The notes below the pieces were generated by a model. The model was not told where the DNA came from. It worked only from the letters and a program-made list of their open reading frames with translations, and did no database searches. The position numbers and the translations under genes were made by a program. A DNA stretch of 64,000 nucleotides from Gammaproteobacteria bacterium (GTDB lineage: Bacteria; Pseudomonadota; Gammaproteobacteria; Eutrophobiales; Eutrophobiaceae): NCBI GenBank assembly GCA_965221695.1, contig OZ244905.1, positions 2,688,001-2,752,000 of the forward strand, read 5' to 3'. Below, in pieces: positions 31,508 to 45,362 of the stretch (position 1 is the first letter of the stretch; each line of letters begins with the position of its first letter).

Positions 31508-34500
31508 TTAGACATCGGTGAGGCAGGTAGTCACTCCATTCAATTGTTTTGCGACCGGCAAGCCGTTTTTGAACAATATCCTGTTGGTATGCAAGGCCGG
31601 GATGCGGTCGCCGGGCAATATCACGCCTACCAGGTTCAGCGGATCGGTGGCGGAGATGACGACTGGAGGCAGCTCCTGCGTGGCGTTTTTCTGTTTCCTC
31701 AACAAGGCAATCGCCTCCGGTCGGGCAAATTGTTCGCCGGAGCAGCCTTCGACAAAATAACCGCCACGGATCTCGCCTCGCGCCTCCATGCGCCGGCACA
31801 TATACAGCAGCTCTCTCCACGGCGGTAAGTCGGGTTCGCGTTCCAGTACCTTGCGGAACAGCACACCATAACGCTTCAGCAGGGTATCGACAACCGCGCT
31901 CAGCGTGTTTTCGTCCGTGCCCGGCCAGGCGCGCTGTTCCGGGGTTTCGGGGTCTTCCGTTGAACTGACAATGGCCGACCAGCGCCCTGCGGCATCGACG
32001 CTGTTCATGCTCGACGCTCGCCGGCGTCGCCTCCCATGGCCGTAGCCGGGGCGCTTGCTCTCCGGTGTGATCAGTGCCCGGAGCCCTGCGTAGCTGTCTG
32101 AGGTGACGGCGCCGCCAGCGGCCAGTTCAGCCAGCGCCGTTTCCACCTGGGTGCGCAGTAAACCGGTCTGTTGCGCCAGGTCCATGAAAAATGATGCGCC
32201 CTGGCGCCGCAGGGTGTCCAGGGTTTTTGCTGCTGCGGACGATAACTTCCTGCCCTGGATCGCATCCGGCAGCAGAAGTTTCTGCCACAGGTCAAGGCGT
32301 TCACGGTCCAGCAGGGTGATGGGCGTGTTCCTCAGCAATACCGCTTTGCCCGCAGACATTTCATCCGCTGCAGCCCTGTGCCTGGCAGAACGCAGGCGCG
32401 ACCAGACGATGCGGCCACTACTGCACAAGCGGTCCAGGGCCGCGCTGGAGTAGTCGTTCAGGCGGGCAGGCAGGATATCCTTTTCCCACGCAGCCGCGGC
32501 AATGGCGTAACCCTCCAGTTTTTCCAGCGCCGCCAGCAGCGCGGCGTCACCCTCGGGTCGTATTTCACCCATACCGTGCCACGCAAACAGGAAACGCATA
32601 TAGCCGGCGGCTGTTACCGGTTTGATTTCCTGCCGTAACGATTGAATGGTATAGCGGTGCATCCTGGCGAGCAGGCCGCGCTCGCACCACTCTGTCTCCA
32701 CGGCGTCAGGGCTGTACCGGCCCTGCATCGCATAGCCCTCGTTCTGCAATGCCAGCAGGGACGCGTTAACCTCGGTGGCGCTTGCGTCAAACAGTTCAGC
32801 CAACTCGGCTTCGGTCACGGGTCCGCAGCATTCGAGCCGGGCGCGCACAAGTTCGATCAGCGCGGACTCTCTGGCAGGTCTTCCTGTACCAAGGGCTGCC
32901 TCTGGCGGCATCTCGGATAACTGGATTTTTGCTTCCGCCGTGATGGCGGCAGAGGAGCGCCGGGATGGTGGGGAGGCAGCAGTATCGATAGAAGAAGCAG
33001 GCGCTGGGGGCAAGCCGGCAGCCGCAGTGGTTGGCCCGCCGGCATATACTGCCTGAGCCTGGGGAAGCCGTTCGGCGCAAACCCATAGGGTCTGTTTGCC
33101 GGCGCGCAGCACGGTTGCGCGTTTCTCCTCCATAAGCCGAGGCAACCAGGGGCGACCGTCTGCCAGCGCCGGGTTATCGCCGCTGCCTTCGCGTGCACTC
33201 ATCACGCCGGTAAGCATCAGCGCATCATGCAGTTCATCTGCGTCACGGAATGCCGGCCAGGCTTCACTGCGTACCTGGGCGATGGCTTCCGGACTCAAGC
33301 GGGCAAGGTTTGCGGCGTCGGCCGGGTCCAGGAAGCGCCTGGCAATGACCGCGTTGGTGCGGCGTTCTTCCGCCGGCGCATCATCCAGGAATGCATACGG
33401 CCGGGCGTTCAGGATTTCCTGTGCCAGCGGAGAGGGCCCGCCCAGGTCGCGGCAATGGAAGCGGATCCGGCCGTTCTCGTATGCCCGAAGAATTTCTTCC
33501 AGTCCGGCAATGTCCATCAGGTCGTTCAGGCAGTCGTTGACGGTCTGTTCTACCAGCGGATGCCGTGGTATTTCCCTTTCTCCGATGAGATTGTCCTGGC
33601 AGGCCAGTTGGTCGGGGAAGACCACCGCCATCAGGTCCTCGGCATCGCTGCGCTGGAACTGTGCGGGCACTTTCTGCCCGCCGCTGTTGCGCCTGACGGC
33701 CAGGGCCGTGGTGGCATTCCAGCGCCAGTGTGTGGGGAACATCGGCGTCGCCAGCAGCGCCTGGGTGACCGCGTCCCTGACGCTCGCGGAATTAAGGTAG
33801 CGGGTCACATCCTCCAGGGGAAAGCTGTGGATCGCGCCCAGGGATATGACAATGCTGTCGTCCAGGGCTGCGGCCTGCAACTCAAAATTGAACTGCCGGC
33901 AGAAGCGCTTGCGCAGGCCCAGGCCCCAGGCGCGGTTGATGCGGGAGCCGTAAGGGCTGTGCAGCACCAGGTGCTGGTCTCCTGCCTCGTCAAAAAAGCG
34001 CTCGAACACGACATCCTGCCGGGTCGGGACGCGTCCCAGGGCGGCGCGCGCGCCGGCCAGGTGATCGGTCAACTGGCGTGCAGCCGCCTCGTTCAGATTT
34101 AATTCGCCAACCAGCCAGTGATATGCGGTATCCCCGCCCTGCGCCAGTTTTTCATCCATGACGCTGCGCAGGCGTGAGACCGCACGACTCAGTTCATCGG
34201 ACCGGCCCGGCGCCTCGCCGAACCAGAACGGAATGTTCGGAGGCTGGCCTTGTGCGTCCGCAACCCGCACTTTGCTCTGTTCGACCTTGAGGATGCGATA
34301 CGAGGTATTGCCCAGTTGGAAGATGTCGCCAGGCAGGCTCTCGAATGCAAAATCTTCGTTCAATGTCCCGATAAAATGGCCCTCCGGTTCCAACACCACA
34401 TCGTAATCGAACTGGTCCGGTATCACCCCGCCGTTGGTAACGGCAGTCAGCCTCGCGCTCTTCCTGGGCCGGATGCGCTTGTTGACGCTGTCATGGTGGA

Positions 34501-35899
34501 TGTACCGGCTGCGCCGGCCGCGGCGCGTGGAAAACCCCTGCGCCAGCATGCCCAATACCTCCGTGAATTTCTGCCGCGTCAGTTCCCGGTACGGGTAAGC
34601 GTGCGTCACTTGCCGGAACAATTCATCTTCCTGCAACTCCGCGCAGGCAGCCTCCGCGACCAGGTGCTGCGCGAGCACATCCAGGTGGCCCTCAGGTATG
34701 GCGAGCCGGTCCAGCTCGTCACGCCGCGCCGCGTCCAGCAACGCCGCGCATTCCACCAGGTCATCCCGGCTCAGCGGGAACAGTCGTCCCTTTGGAGTCG
34801 CACCCAGGTGGTGGCCGGAACGTCCAACCCGTTGCAGGAACACGGCAATGGATCGGGGCGAGCCAAGCTGGCACACCAGGTCCACATCTCCGATGTCGAT
34901 GCCCAGTTCCAGCGATGCAGTCGCGACCAGCGCCTTGAGTTCTCCCCGTTTCAGCCGTTGTTCCGCATTCAGGCGATGTTCTTTTGCCAGGCTGCCGTGA
35001 TGGGCGGTCACATTTTCTTCACCTACCCGTTCCGCCAGCGCGCGCGCGGCCCGTTCGGCCAGGCGGCGGGTATTGACGAAGATCAGCGTGGTCCTGTGCT
35101 GCCCAATCAGGTCAGCCAGCCGAGCGTACAATTCCAGCCATACCTCGCCGGCCATCACGGCTTCCAAGGGTGAGTCGGTAAGCGCCAGCGCGATGTCCAT
35201 ACGCCTGGCATGGCCGCGATCCAGGATGTTGCACTGTTGCTCCCGGTTACCGATCAGGAACCGGGCAATCTCTTCTATCGGCCGTTGAGTCGCAGACAGG
35301 CCGATACGCGCGAACGGGCGTCCGGTGAGCGCCTCCAGCCGTTCCAGTGAAAGCGCCAGGTGCGCCCCCCGTTTGTTTGGCGCCAGGGCATGAATCTCGT
35401 CAATGATCACGTTGCGCACGGTTTGCAGCATATTTCTACCGGAACTGCTGGTGAGCAGGATATAAAGGGATTCCGGGGTGGTGACCAGGATATGGGGTGG
35501 CGTGCGCCGCATACGCTCGCGCGCTGCCTGCGTGGTATCACCGGTTCGCACCAGGGCGCGGATGTCCGCCGTCGCCAAGCCCTGTGCCTGCATCCTGTCG
35601 CGGATGCCTTGCAGCGGTCCCTGCAGGTTCTTCTGTATATCGTTGGACAAGGCCTTCAGAGGAGAGACATACAGGATATACGTCTCATCAGCAAGCCGGC
35701 CGGCCACAGCTTCCCGCACCAGGTCGTCAATGGCCGCGAGGAACGCGGCCAAGGTCTTGCCGCTACCGGTCGGGGCGGCAATCAGGGCATGTTTGCCCTG
35801 TTTTATCGCAGGCCAGGCGTCCTCCTGTACCGGCGTCGGTCCGGCAAATTCACTGTTAAACCAGGACGCGGTCACCGGGTGAAAAATATCGGTTGACAT
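31508..35899 (-). CDS. lhr: ATP-dependent helicase Lhr (long form)
   Basis: APTGSGKT, SPLKAL, DEIH, GLSAT, HHGSL, SLELGIDIG, QRVGRSGH; C-terminal E..G.IRGG.FV.G.SGEQF, ATDPLNL. Confidence 0.92.
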   Translation of the reverse strand: MSTDIFHPVTASWFNSEFAGPTPVQEDAWPAIKQGKHALIAAPTGSGKTLAAFLAAIDDLVREAVAGRLADETYILYVSPLKALSNDIQKNLQGPLQGIRDRMQAQGLATADIRALVRTGDTTQAARERMRRTPPHILVTTPESLYILLTSSSGRNMLQTVRNVIIDEIHALAPNKRGAHLALSLERLEALTGRPFARIGLSATQRPIEEIARFLIGNREQQCNILDRGHARRMDIALALTDSPLEAVMAGEVWLELYARLADLIGQHRTTLIFVNTRRLAERAARALAERVGEENVTAHHGSLAKEHRLNAEQRLKRGELKALVATASLELGIDIGDVDLVCQLGSPRSIAVFLQRVGRSGHHLGATPKGRLFPLSRDDLVECAALLDAARRDELDRLAIPEGHLDVLAQHLVAEAACAELQEDELFRQVTHAYPYRELTRQKFTEVLGMLAQGFSTRRGRRSRYIHHDSVNKRIRPRKSARLTAVTNGGVIPDQFDYDVVLEPEGHFIGTLNEDFAFESLPGDIFQLGNTSYRILKVEQSKVRVADAQGQPPNIPFWFGEAPGRSDELSRAVSRLRSVMDEKLAQGGDTAYHWLVGELNLNEAAARQLTDHLAGARAALGRVPTRQDVVFERFFDEAGDQHLVLHSPYGSRINRAWGLGLRKRFCRQFNFELQAAALDDSIVISLGAIHSFPLEDVTRYLNSASVRDAVTQALLATPMFPTHWRWNATTALAVRRNSGGQKVPAQFQRSDAEDLMAVVFPDQLACQDNLIGEREIPRHPLVEQTVNDCLNDLMDIAGLEEILRAYENGRIRFHCRDLGGPSPLAQEILNARPYAFLDDAPAEERRTNAVIARRFLDPADAANLARLSPEAIAQVRSEAWPAFRDADELHDALMLTGVMSAREGSGDNPALADGRPWLPRLMEEKRATVLRAGKQTLWVCAERLPQAQAVYAGGPTTAAAGLPPAPASSIDTAASPPSRRSSAAITAEAKIQLSEMPPEAALGTGRPARESALIELVRARLECCGPVTEAELAELFDASATEVNASLLALQNEGYAMQGRYSPDAVETEWCERGLLARMHRYTIQSLRQEIKPVTAAGYMRFLFAWHGMGEIRPEGDAALLAALEKLEGYAIAAAAWEKDILPARLNDYSSAALDRLCSSGRIVWSRLRSARHRAAADEMSAGKAVLLRNTPITLLDRERLDLWQKLLLPDAIQGRKLSSAAAKTLDTLRRQGASFFMDLAQQTGLLRTQVETALAELAAGGAVTSDSYAGLRALITPESKRPGYGHGRRRRRASSMNSVDAAGRWSAIVSSTEDPETPEQRAWPGTDENTLSAVVDTLLKRYGVLFRKVLEREPDLPPWRELLYMCRRMEARGEIRGGYFVEGCSGEQFARPEAIALLRKQKNATQELPPVVISATDPLNLVGVILPGDRIPALHTNRILFKNGLPVAKQLNGVTTCLTDV

Positions 35900-35922
35900 A
35901 AGAGAACAGTTTATCCGAAACT

Positions 35923-36079
35923 TAAGGAACCTCTGATTAAGTCAGAGGTTCCTACGATACAAGGATGTATCGTCAATATCAATGACTGTAAGGCATTGAT
36001 ATTGTGAGGAAAACAAAAATCGCATTTTTGTTTTCCGTACTCTGACAAGTCCTGGATGGACTTGTTCAGAGTTTTCTTA
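35923..36079. mobile_element. IS5-like MITE copy (inverted relative to 16340-16495)
   Basis: taa-ggaacctctgattaagtcagaggttcc...gacttgttcagagttttc-tta. Confidence 0.8.
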
Positions 36080-36228
36080 AGTTCCAGGGGGACGGATTTC
36101 AAGCATGCCCTGTATGTTGTAAACAGTACGCCGTCCCTGTACATCAAACAGAAACTTAAAAAATTGCCCAAAGGCAGGCTTAAGCGCAAACATAAGGGCT
36201 TGCCGTTGGCAGCGTGAGGATACCTTGA

Positions 36229-36627
36229 ATGAGCGAAGAGCTGCTGACACATAAAGGCGGCTGCCATTGCGGCGCGGTGAAGTTCGAGGTGGATGCCCCC
36301 GCTGCGATCACCGTGATGGACTGTAACTGCTCCATCTGCCGGATGAGCGGCTACTTGCACCTGCAGGTCCCGAGGTCGCGCTTCCGGCTGCTGCGAGGCA
36401 AGGATGCGCTGTCGACCTACACTTTCAATACCGGTGTCGCGCAACACTATTTCTGCGGCGCTTGCGGCGTCAAGTCATTCTACGTGCCGCGCTCATTCCC
36501 CGAGGGCTACAGCGTCAACCTCAACTGCCTCGACCGGTCACAGGTAATAAACGTTACGGTGGAAAAGTTTGACGGTGACAACTGGGAAGCGGCATATAAC
36601 AGAAAAAAACACACGCCGGTTGATTAA
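36229..36627 (+). CDS. GFA/CENP-V family Zn-binding protein
   Basis: GGCHCG, CNCSIC, HYFC..CG, SVN..CLD. Confidence 0.92.
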   Translation: MSEELLTHKGGCHCGAVKFEVDAPAAITVMDCNCSICRMSGYLHLQVPRSRFRLLRGKDALSTYTFNTGVAQHYFCGACGVKSFYVPRSFPEGYSVNLNCLDRSQVINVTVEKFDGDNWEAAYNRKKHTPVD

Positions 36628-36659
36628 GAGAACCTCTGAGATTAAGTCAGAGGTTCCTG
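36628..36659. repeat. solo MITE end pair between converging genes
   Basis: gaacctctgagattaagtcagaggttc palindrome. Confidence 0.7.
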
Positions 36660-37249
36660 AGCTTCTCCAGGTCGGCGGGCACATCAAGGTCAAATTCGGC
36701 TTCGGCAAGAGGGAGTGTGCTGACCCGGTCGGCGTTGTTTTTCAGCATTAATTTTGCCCCAGTATCGCCTTTCAGCGCCAGCAATTGCGGGTAAAACTCT
36801 GCGGGAATGATGGCCGGTGTGCCGATGACGCCGGCGTAGCGGGCGGCTGCTATATCGGACGGGCTGGCAAGCCAAAGGTTGAGCAGGCTGTTCAGGTGCT
36901 GCTGAGTAACCAGCGCCTGGTCGCACAAGGTAATCATCACGGCCGGACAGTCCGGCTCAAGACTGCGCACTCCTGCTTGAACAGAGGATGCCAGCCCCTG
37001 GCGCCAATCCTTGTTGAGCGCTATGTTGACTCCCAGGTCGTCGACAGCTTGTGCGACGGCCTCCGAGTTGGCGCCGACGACCACATTGATCCGGCCGGGC
37101 GCGAACAGCGCCAGGAGCTTGTTCACGGCAAGCCGCACCAGGCTGGAACCCTTTATTTCAACCAGTTGTTTACACTGGCCGTACCTGCTTGAACCTCCCG
37201 CCGCCAGAACTACCGCGGCCGCATTTTGCTCCAGGTTTGACGTCTTCAC
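36647..37249 (-). CDS. MocA-like nucleotidyltransferase (NTP_transf_3)
   Basis: LAAGGSSRYG..KQL, N.DW..G.ASS, LCDQ, GD.GA, DLD.P.D. Confidence 0.85.
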   Translation of the reverse strand: MKTSNLEQNAAAVVLAAGGSSRYGQCKQLVEIKGSSLVRLAVNKLLALFAPGRINVVVGANSEAVAQAVDDLGVNIALNKDWRQGLASSVQAGVRSLEPDCPAVMITLCDQALVTQQHLNSLLNLWLASPSDIAAARYAGVIGTPAIIPAEFYPQLLALKGDTGAKLMLKNNADRVSTLPLAEAEFDLDVPADLEKLRNL

Positions 37250-37423
37250 GGTTTCAGCCTCTACTGGACTCGCTTAAGGTTAATTTGCAAGCGCTGTGCC
37301 GGAAAGTTATTGGTGTTAAGCTTACATTGCGCTCCCAGGCTAATGCCGCGCTATGCAGGCCGGAAGCCGACCTCAGCCGTCAGAGCCAGTGCGGGGAGGC
37401 TCAGCGGTGGTAGGCGTCAGTAT

Positions 37424-37575
37424 AGCACAGGCCAAGGTATTGCCCCGTACCACTCCCGCAACAGCGGGAGTCCAGTCAAATAAGTGTCGCCCGCAGGGCG
37501 ACTCATCTGTTTACTGGATTCCCGTTTTCACGGGAATGGTACGGAGCGCACGTCAGTTAGTAAAACGTACACAAA
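37424..37575. repeat. composite REP/dRS3-like element, inverted relative to 31181-31355
   Basis: caaggtattgccccgtaccactcccgcaacagcgggagtccagtcaaa...gtcgcccgcagggcgac...tggattcccgttttcacgggaatgg...cagttagtaaaa. Confidence 0.78.
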
Positions 37576-37726
37576 AAACCAATCGACACCGAAGCCCTTG
37601 ATTTAGTACACTGTACCATGTTGGTAGACGGGAGTAATCGGAAGATTGCTCCCGTTTTATATGTGTATTGCTATAGCCTGAATTTTCTATCAGTTGATGC
37701 GAAGTTCGGGTGAATGGAGGAATTTG

Positions 37727-38857
37727 TTGGGTCATACGGCTTTACTTGCGCTGGCGGATGGCAGTCTCTTCTACGGCGATTCCATCGGCGTTGACGGTGC
37801 GGCCGTGGGGGAAGTGGTGTTCAATACCTCAATGACGGGCTACCAGGAGATTCTGACGGACCCATCCTACTGCCGCCAAATCATTACGTTTACCCAACCG
37901 CAGATCGGCAATGTGGGCGTCAATTCGGAAGATATGGAGTCCGCCCGGGTATACGCGTCCGGCATGATCATCAAGCAGGCGCCCTATCTGCCGAGCAACT
38001 GGCGCAACGAGCAATCCCTCACCGACTACCTGGTTGCCAACGAAGTCGTCGCTATTGCGAATATCGATACCCGGCGCCTGACCCGGCTGTTGCGGGACCA
38101 GGGCGCACAAAGCGGTTGCATTGTAGCCGGCGAGCGGCCGGAGGCCGAGCGCGCGCTGGCGCTGGCCCGGGACTTCCCCGGACTCAAAGGCATGGACCTC
38201 GCCCGTGAAGTCACGACTGCGCAAAACTACCGCTGGCAAGAGGGTGTCTGGTCGTTGGGAGAAGGCCACCGGCGACCGGAGACGGCGCGCAAGAAAAAGG
38301 TTGTCGCCTATGATTTCGGTGTGAAAAAGAACATCTTGCGCATTCTCTGCGACCTGGGCTGTGAACTGGACGTGGCGCCGGCGACCACGAGCGCGCAACA
38401 GACGTTGTCCAGTGCGCCTGACGGCGTATTTTTATCCAACGGTCCCGGCGACCCCGAGCCTTGTGATTATGCGATAAACGCGATCAGGGAGATTGTGGAC
38501 GCGGGAATCCCCACCTTCGGTATTTGCCTGGGACACCAGTTGCTGGGGTTGGCCTGCGGCGCGGAAACGGTGAAAATGAAGTTCGGCCATCATGGCGGTA
38601 ACCACCCGGTGCAGGAACTGGCGACCGGCAGGGTGATGATCACCAGCCAGAACCACGGTTTTACCGTTGCGGAAGATTCCATCCCGGACACTTTGACGGT
38701 CACGCACCGGTCATTGTTCGACGATACGGTACAGGGCATCCATCACCGGGAACTCCCGGCGTTCGGTTTCCAGGGCCACCCTGAAGCCAGCCCCGGTCCC
38801 CATGACCTCAAGCCGTTGTTCGACCACTTCATGGACCTGATGGAAGCAAACAAATGA
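37727..38857 (+). CDS. carA: carbamoyl-phosphate synthase small subunit
   Basis: [43 protein letters not shown]; TTG start after GGAGG assumed. Confidence 0.97.
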   Translation: MGHTALLALADGSLFYGDSIGVDGAAVGEVVFNTSMTGYQEILTDPSYCRQIITFTQPQIGNVGVNSEDMESARVYASGMIIKQAPYLPSNWRNEQSLTDYLVANEVVAIANIDTRRLTRLLRDQGAQSGCIVAGERPEAERALALARDFPGLKGMDLAREVTTAQNYRWQEGVWSLGEGHRRPETARKKKVVAYDFGVKKNILRILCDLGCELDVAPATTSAQQTLSSAPDGVFLSNGPGDPEPCDYAINAIREIVDAGIPTFGICLGHQLLGLACGAETVKMKFGHHGGNHPVQELATGRVMITSQNHGFTVAEDSIPDTLTVTHRSLFDDTVQGIHHRELPAFGFQGHPEASPGPHDLKPLFDHFMDLMEANK

Positions 38858-38888
38858 AATCGCTGTGTCCTCTGTGGCTGACAGATAC

Positions 38889-42098
<3,210 letters not shown>

Positions 42099-42105
42099 CA
42101 ACAAA

Positions 42106-42582
42106 ATGAACAGAATGCCAATGACAGCTATAGGCGCCGAGCGTTTACGCCGCCAGTTGCACACATTGAAAACGGTAGAGCGCCCCGGAATCATCCAGTC
42201 CCTGGCGGAGGCCAGGGCGCATGGAGACCTTAGCGAAAATGCCGAATATCATGCCGCGCGCGAACGTCAGAGTTTTATTGAAGGTCGCATCGCGACCATA
42301 GAAGAGGCGCTAGCCGTCGCGGAAATCATTGACGTGACGAAAATCGACGCGGACGGTAAAATCGTTTTCGGCGCAACGGCAGAATTACTTAATCTTGATA
42401 CAGAACAAGAAGCCCGTTACCAGATTGTGGGGGAGATGGAAGCGGATATTGACCAGGGACTGCTGTCCGTAAATGCCCCGATAGCCCGGGCCATGATTGG
42501 CAAGGAAGAGGGTGATATCATTCAGGTCGATGCGCCTGGAGGTGTGGTCGAATACGAGATCCTGTCGGTTGCGTATATTTGA
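42106..42582 (+). CDS. greA: transcription elongation factor GreA
   Basis: [18 protein letters not shown]. Confidence 0.96.
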   Translation: MNRMPMTAIGAERLRRQLHTLKTVERPGIIQSLAEARAHGDLSENAEYHAARERQSFIEGRIATIEEALAVAEIIDVTKIDADGKIVFGATAELLNLDTEQEARYQIVGEMEADIDQGLLSVNAPIARAMIGKEEGDIIQVDAPGGVVEYEILSVAYI

Positions 42583-42634
42583 CGTCACAGGGACGGTATG
42601 CGGCGCGCTTCCCGCGCGCTAATAATGTCGAGAT

Positions 42635-43249
42635 ATGTCTAAAAGTTCCAAACGCTGGCTGCAGGAACATAACCGGGATAGGTACGTTAACCTGGCCCGG
42701 AGCCGGCGACTGCGTTCTCGCGCGGTGTTCAAACTTGAGGAGTTGGACCGGCGTCACAGACTGTTCCGCCCGGGACAGACGGTGCTTGACCTGGGCGCGG
42801 CGCCGGGTAGCTGGTCAGCCTACGTGGCTGAAAAGGTTAGGCCCGACGGCAAAGTCATCGCGGTCGACTTGCTGGCGATGCGGCCTATTGCCGATGTGAT
42901 CTTCCTGCAAGCTGACCTGAGCAATGCAGCCAACCTGCAGAATTGTATCGCCCGGCTGAGCGAATACCGCGTTGACCTTGTAATTTCTGATATGGCCCCC
43001 AATTTATCAGGCATAGCTGCCGCGGATCAGGCCAACAGTCTGAAACTGGCGGAAACCGCTCTCCGAATAGCCTGTTCGGCGCTGCGCGGTAACGGGCATT
43101 TTCTGGTCAAGCTGTTTCAAGGAGCTGACAGCGACGCATTCAGAAAGCAATTGACGGAGAAATTTGCTAAAGTATCAGTGAGCAAGCCGAAGGCGTCGAG
43201 GACGAACTCCAGTGAGGTATACATCCTGGCAAAAGGTTATGAGGTTTAA
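42635..43249 (+). CDS. rlmE: 23S rRNA Um2552 methyltransferase
   Basis: RSRA.FKL.E, DLGAAPGSWS, SDMAPN, KP.ASR..SSE.Y. Confidence 0.95.
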   Translation: MSKSSKRWLQEHNRDRYVNLARSRRLRSRAVFKLEELDRRHRLFRPGQTVLDLGAAPGSWSAYVAEKVRPDGKVIAVDLLAMRPIADVIFLQADLSNAANLQNCIARLSEYRVDLVISDMAPNLSGIAAADQANSLKLAETALRIACSALRGNGHFLVKLFQGADSDAFRKQLTEKFAKVSVSKPKASRTNSSEVYILAKGYEV

Positions 43250-43367
43250 GAAAGCTTTGAACAAGTCCATCGTTGATCTGTCAGGTGATGCAAACAATGT
43301 AAGTGATAGGATGTATGCTGGCAGGCGCTCGTCCGTTTGTTGAGATAAAGCTCAGGCATAAGGCGTT

Positions 43368-45293
43368 ATGATAAAAAGTATATTATTGTGGGTAGTCATC
43401 GCCCTGGTCATGATGATGGTATTTCAGAATTTTGGGGCCCGGCCCATCGATACCACCATTCCCTATTCGCAGTTTATTCTGGATGTAAAAACAGGCAAAG
43501 TGCTCTCCGTCATTATCGAGGGCAACACCATCTCCGGCAACCTGGCGGATGGGTCCCGGTTCAACACGTACAGTCCGGAAACCAGCAATGATGCCCTGAT
43601 TGGCACCCTGCTGGATAATAACGTGGAGGTGCTGGGCGCCGAGCCCAATAAGAATTCGTTTTGGGCGCACGCTTTTATCTCCTGGTTTCCTATCTTACTG
43701 TTACTGGGCATTTGGATTTACTTCATGCGCCAGATGCAGGGTGGCGGCGGCCGCGGCGCGCTATCGTTTGGCAAGAGCCGGGCGCGACTGTTGAATGAAG
43801 ACCAGGTGAAGATTACATTTAACGATGTTGCCGGCGTTGAGGAGGCGAAAGAAGAAGTCGTCGAGCTGGTTGAATTCCTGCGCGATCCGGGCAAGTTCCA
43901 GAAACTGGGAGGTAAGATTCCACGGGGCGTATTGATGGTAGGCTCACCGGGCACAGGCAAGACCCTACTGGCGAAAGCGATAGCCGGTGAGGCGCAGGTT
44001 CCGTTTTTTACCATTTCCGGTTCGGATTTCGTGGAAATGTTCGTCGGCGTAGGCGCCTCGAGGGTGCGCGACATGTTTGAACAGGCGAAAAAACACGCGC
44101 CCTGTATCATCTTCATTGATGAAATCGATGCGGTAGGACGCCACCGCGGCGCTGGTCTTGGCGGCGGTCATGATGAACGTGAACAGACACTCAACCAGCT
44201 TCTGGTTGAAATGGATGGGTTTGAAGGCAACGAAGGCATTATCGTCATAGCCGCGACCAACCGGCCCGATGTGCTGGATCCGGCTTTGCTGCGCCCTGGG
44301 CGGTTTGACCGGCAAGTGGTCGTCCCATTGCCGGATATCCGGGGGCGTGAACAGATTCTCAAGGTGCATTTGCGCAAGGTCGCATTAGCCGATGATGTTG
44401 ATCCCTCTATCATCGCGCGCGGCACGCCCGGGTTTTCCGGAGCGGACCTGGCCAACCTGATTAACGAAGCGGCGCTGTTCGCGGCGCGGGCCAACAAGGA
44501 ACAGGTTGACATGGAGGAGTTTGAACGGGCTAAGGATAAGGTGATGATGGGCGCCGAGCGGCGTTCCATGGTGATGACTGATGAGGAAAAGAAACTCACT
44601 GCCTACCACGAAGCTGGTCATGCCATTGTCGGACGGCTTGTTCCCAATCATGATCCAGTCTACAAGGTTACTATTATTCCGCGCGGACGCGCCCTGGGTG
44701 TCACCATGTTCCTGCCGGAACAGGACAGGTTGAGCTATTCCCGAGAGTTTTTGCAGAGCCAAATCTGTTCCCTGTTCGGCGGCCGTATCGCCGAGAGCCT
44801 GATTTTCGGAGAAGATGCCGTCACAACAGGGGCGAGCAACGATATAGAGCGCGCCACGCTGCTGGCAAGAAACATGGTAACCAAATGGGGGCTGTCCGAA
44901 AAAATGGGACCGCTCGCCTACCAGGAGGATGAAGGAGAAGTCTTCCTGGGACATTCCGTGACCAAGCACTCAACTGTTTCCGCTGCCACACAGAATGATA
45001 TTGACGCAGAGGTAAGGCGCATCATTGATTTGAACTATCAGCGCGCAAAAGAGTTGCTTGAAGCAAACATGGAGAAGCTGCACATGATGGCGGAGGCCCT
45101 GGTCAAGTATGAAACCATCGATACCGGTCAGATTGACAGCATCATGGAAGGCAAGGAGCCCGGACCGCCGGCTGATTGGCGCAATAATCATAAGACGCGT
45201 GGCACACAGTCCGGACCTGATGAAACACAGCAGAAAACCGATGATGAGCCAGTTGAAGGCCCTGCCATGGACGGGCCGGCCCGTCCAGCCTGA
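43368..45293 (+). CDS. ftsH: ATP-dependent metalloprotease FtsH
   Basis: Two TMs, [20 protein letters not shown]. Confidence 0.98.
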   Translation: MIKSILLWVVIALVMMMVFQNFGARPIDTTIPYSQFILDVKTGKVLSVIIEGNTISGNLADGSRFNTYSPETSNDALIGTLLDNNVEVLGAEPNKNSFWAHAFISWFPILLLLGIWIYFMRQMQGGGGRGALSFGKSRARLLNEDQVKITFNDVAGVEEAKEEVVELVEFLRDPGKFQKLGGKIPRGVLMVGSPGTGKTLLAKAIAGEAQVPFFTISGSDFVEMFVGVGASRVRDMFEQAKKHAPCIIFIDEIDAVGRHRGAGLGGGHDEREQTLNQLLVEMDGFEGNEGIIVIAATNRPDVLDPALLRPGRFDRQVVVPLPDIRGREQILKVHLRKVALADDVDPSIIARGTPGFSGADLANLINEAALFAARANKEQVDMEEFERAKDKVMMGAERRSMVMTDEEKKLTAYHEAGHAIVGRLVPNHDPVYKVTIIPRGRALGVTMFLPEQDRLSYSREFLQSQICSLFGGRIAESLIFGEDAVTTGASNDIERATLLARNMVTKWGLSEKMGPLAYQEDEGEVFLGHSVTKHSTVSAATQNDIDAEVRRIIDLNYQRAKELLEANMEKLHMMAEALVKYETIDTGQIDSIMEGKEPGPPADWRNNHKTRGTQSGPDETQQKTDDEPVEGPAMDGPARPA

Positions 45294-45362
45294 AGTATAA
45301 CCTCTCAGCCACGGAACAGGTTGTCCCGGGTTTTCTTGCCGCCAGCAACAATTCTCTATCGT

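Noticed and set aside
35911-36447. ORFs spanning MITE/REP copies (also 16411-16701, 30918-31334, 37353-37601, 11049-11381)
   Set aside because: Translations of repeat DNA or antisense to real genes.
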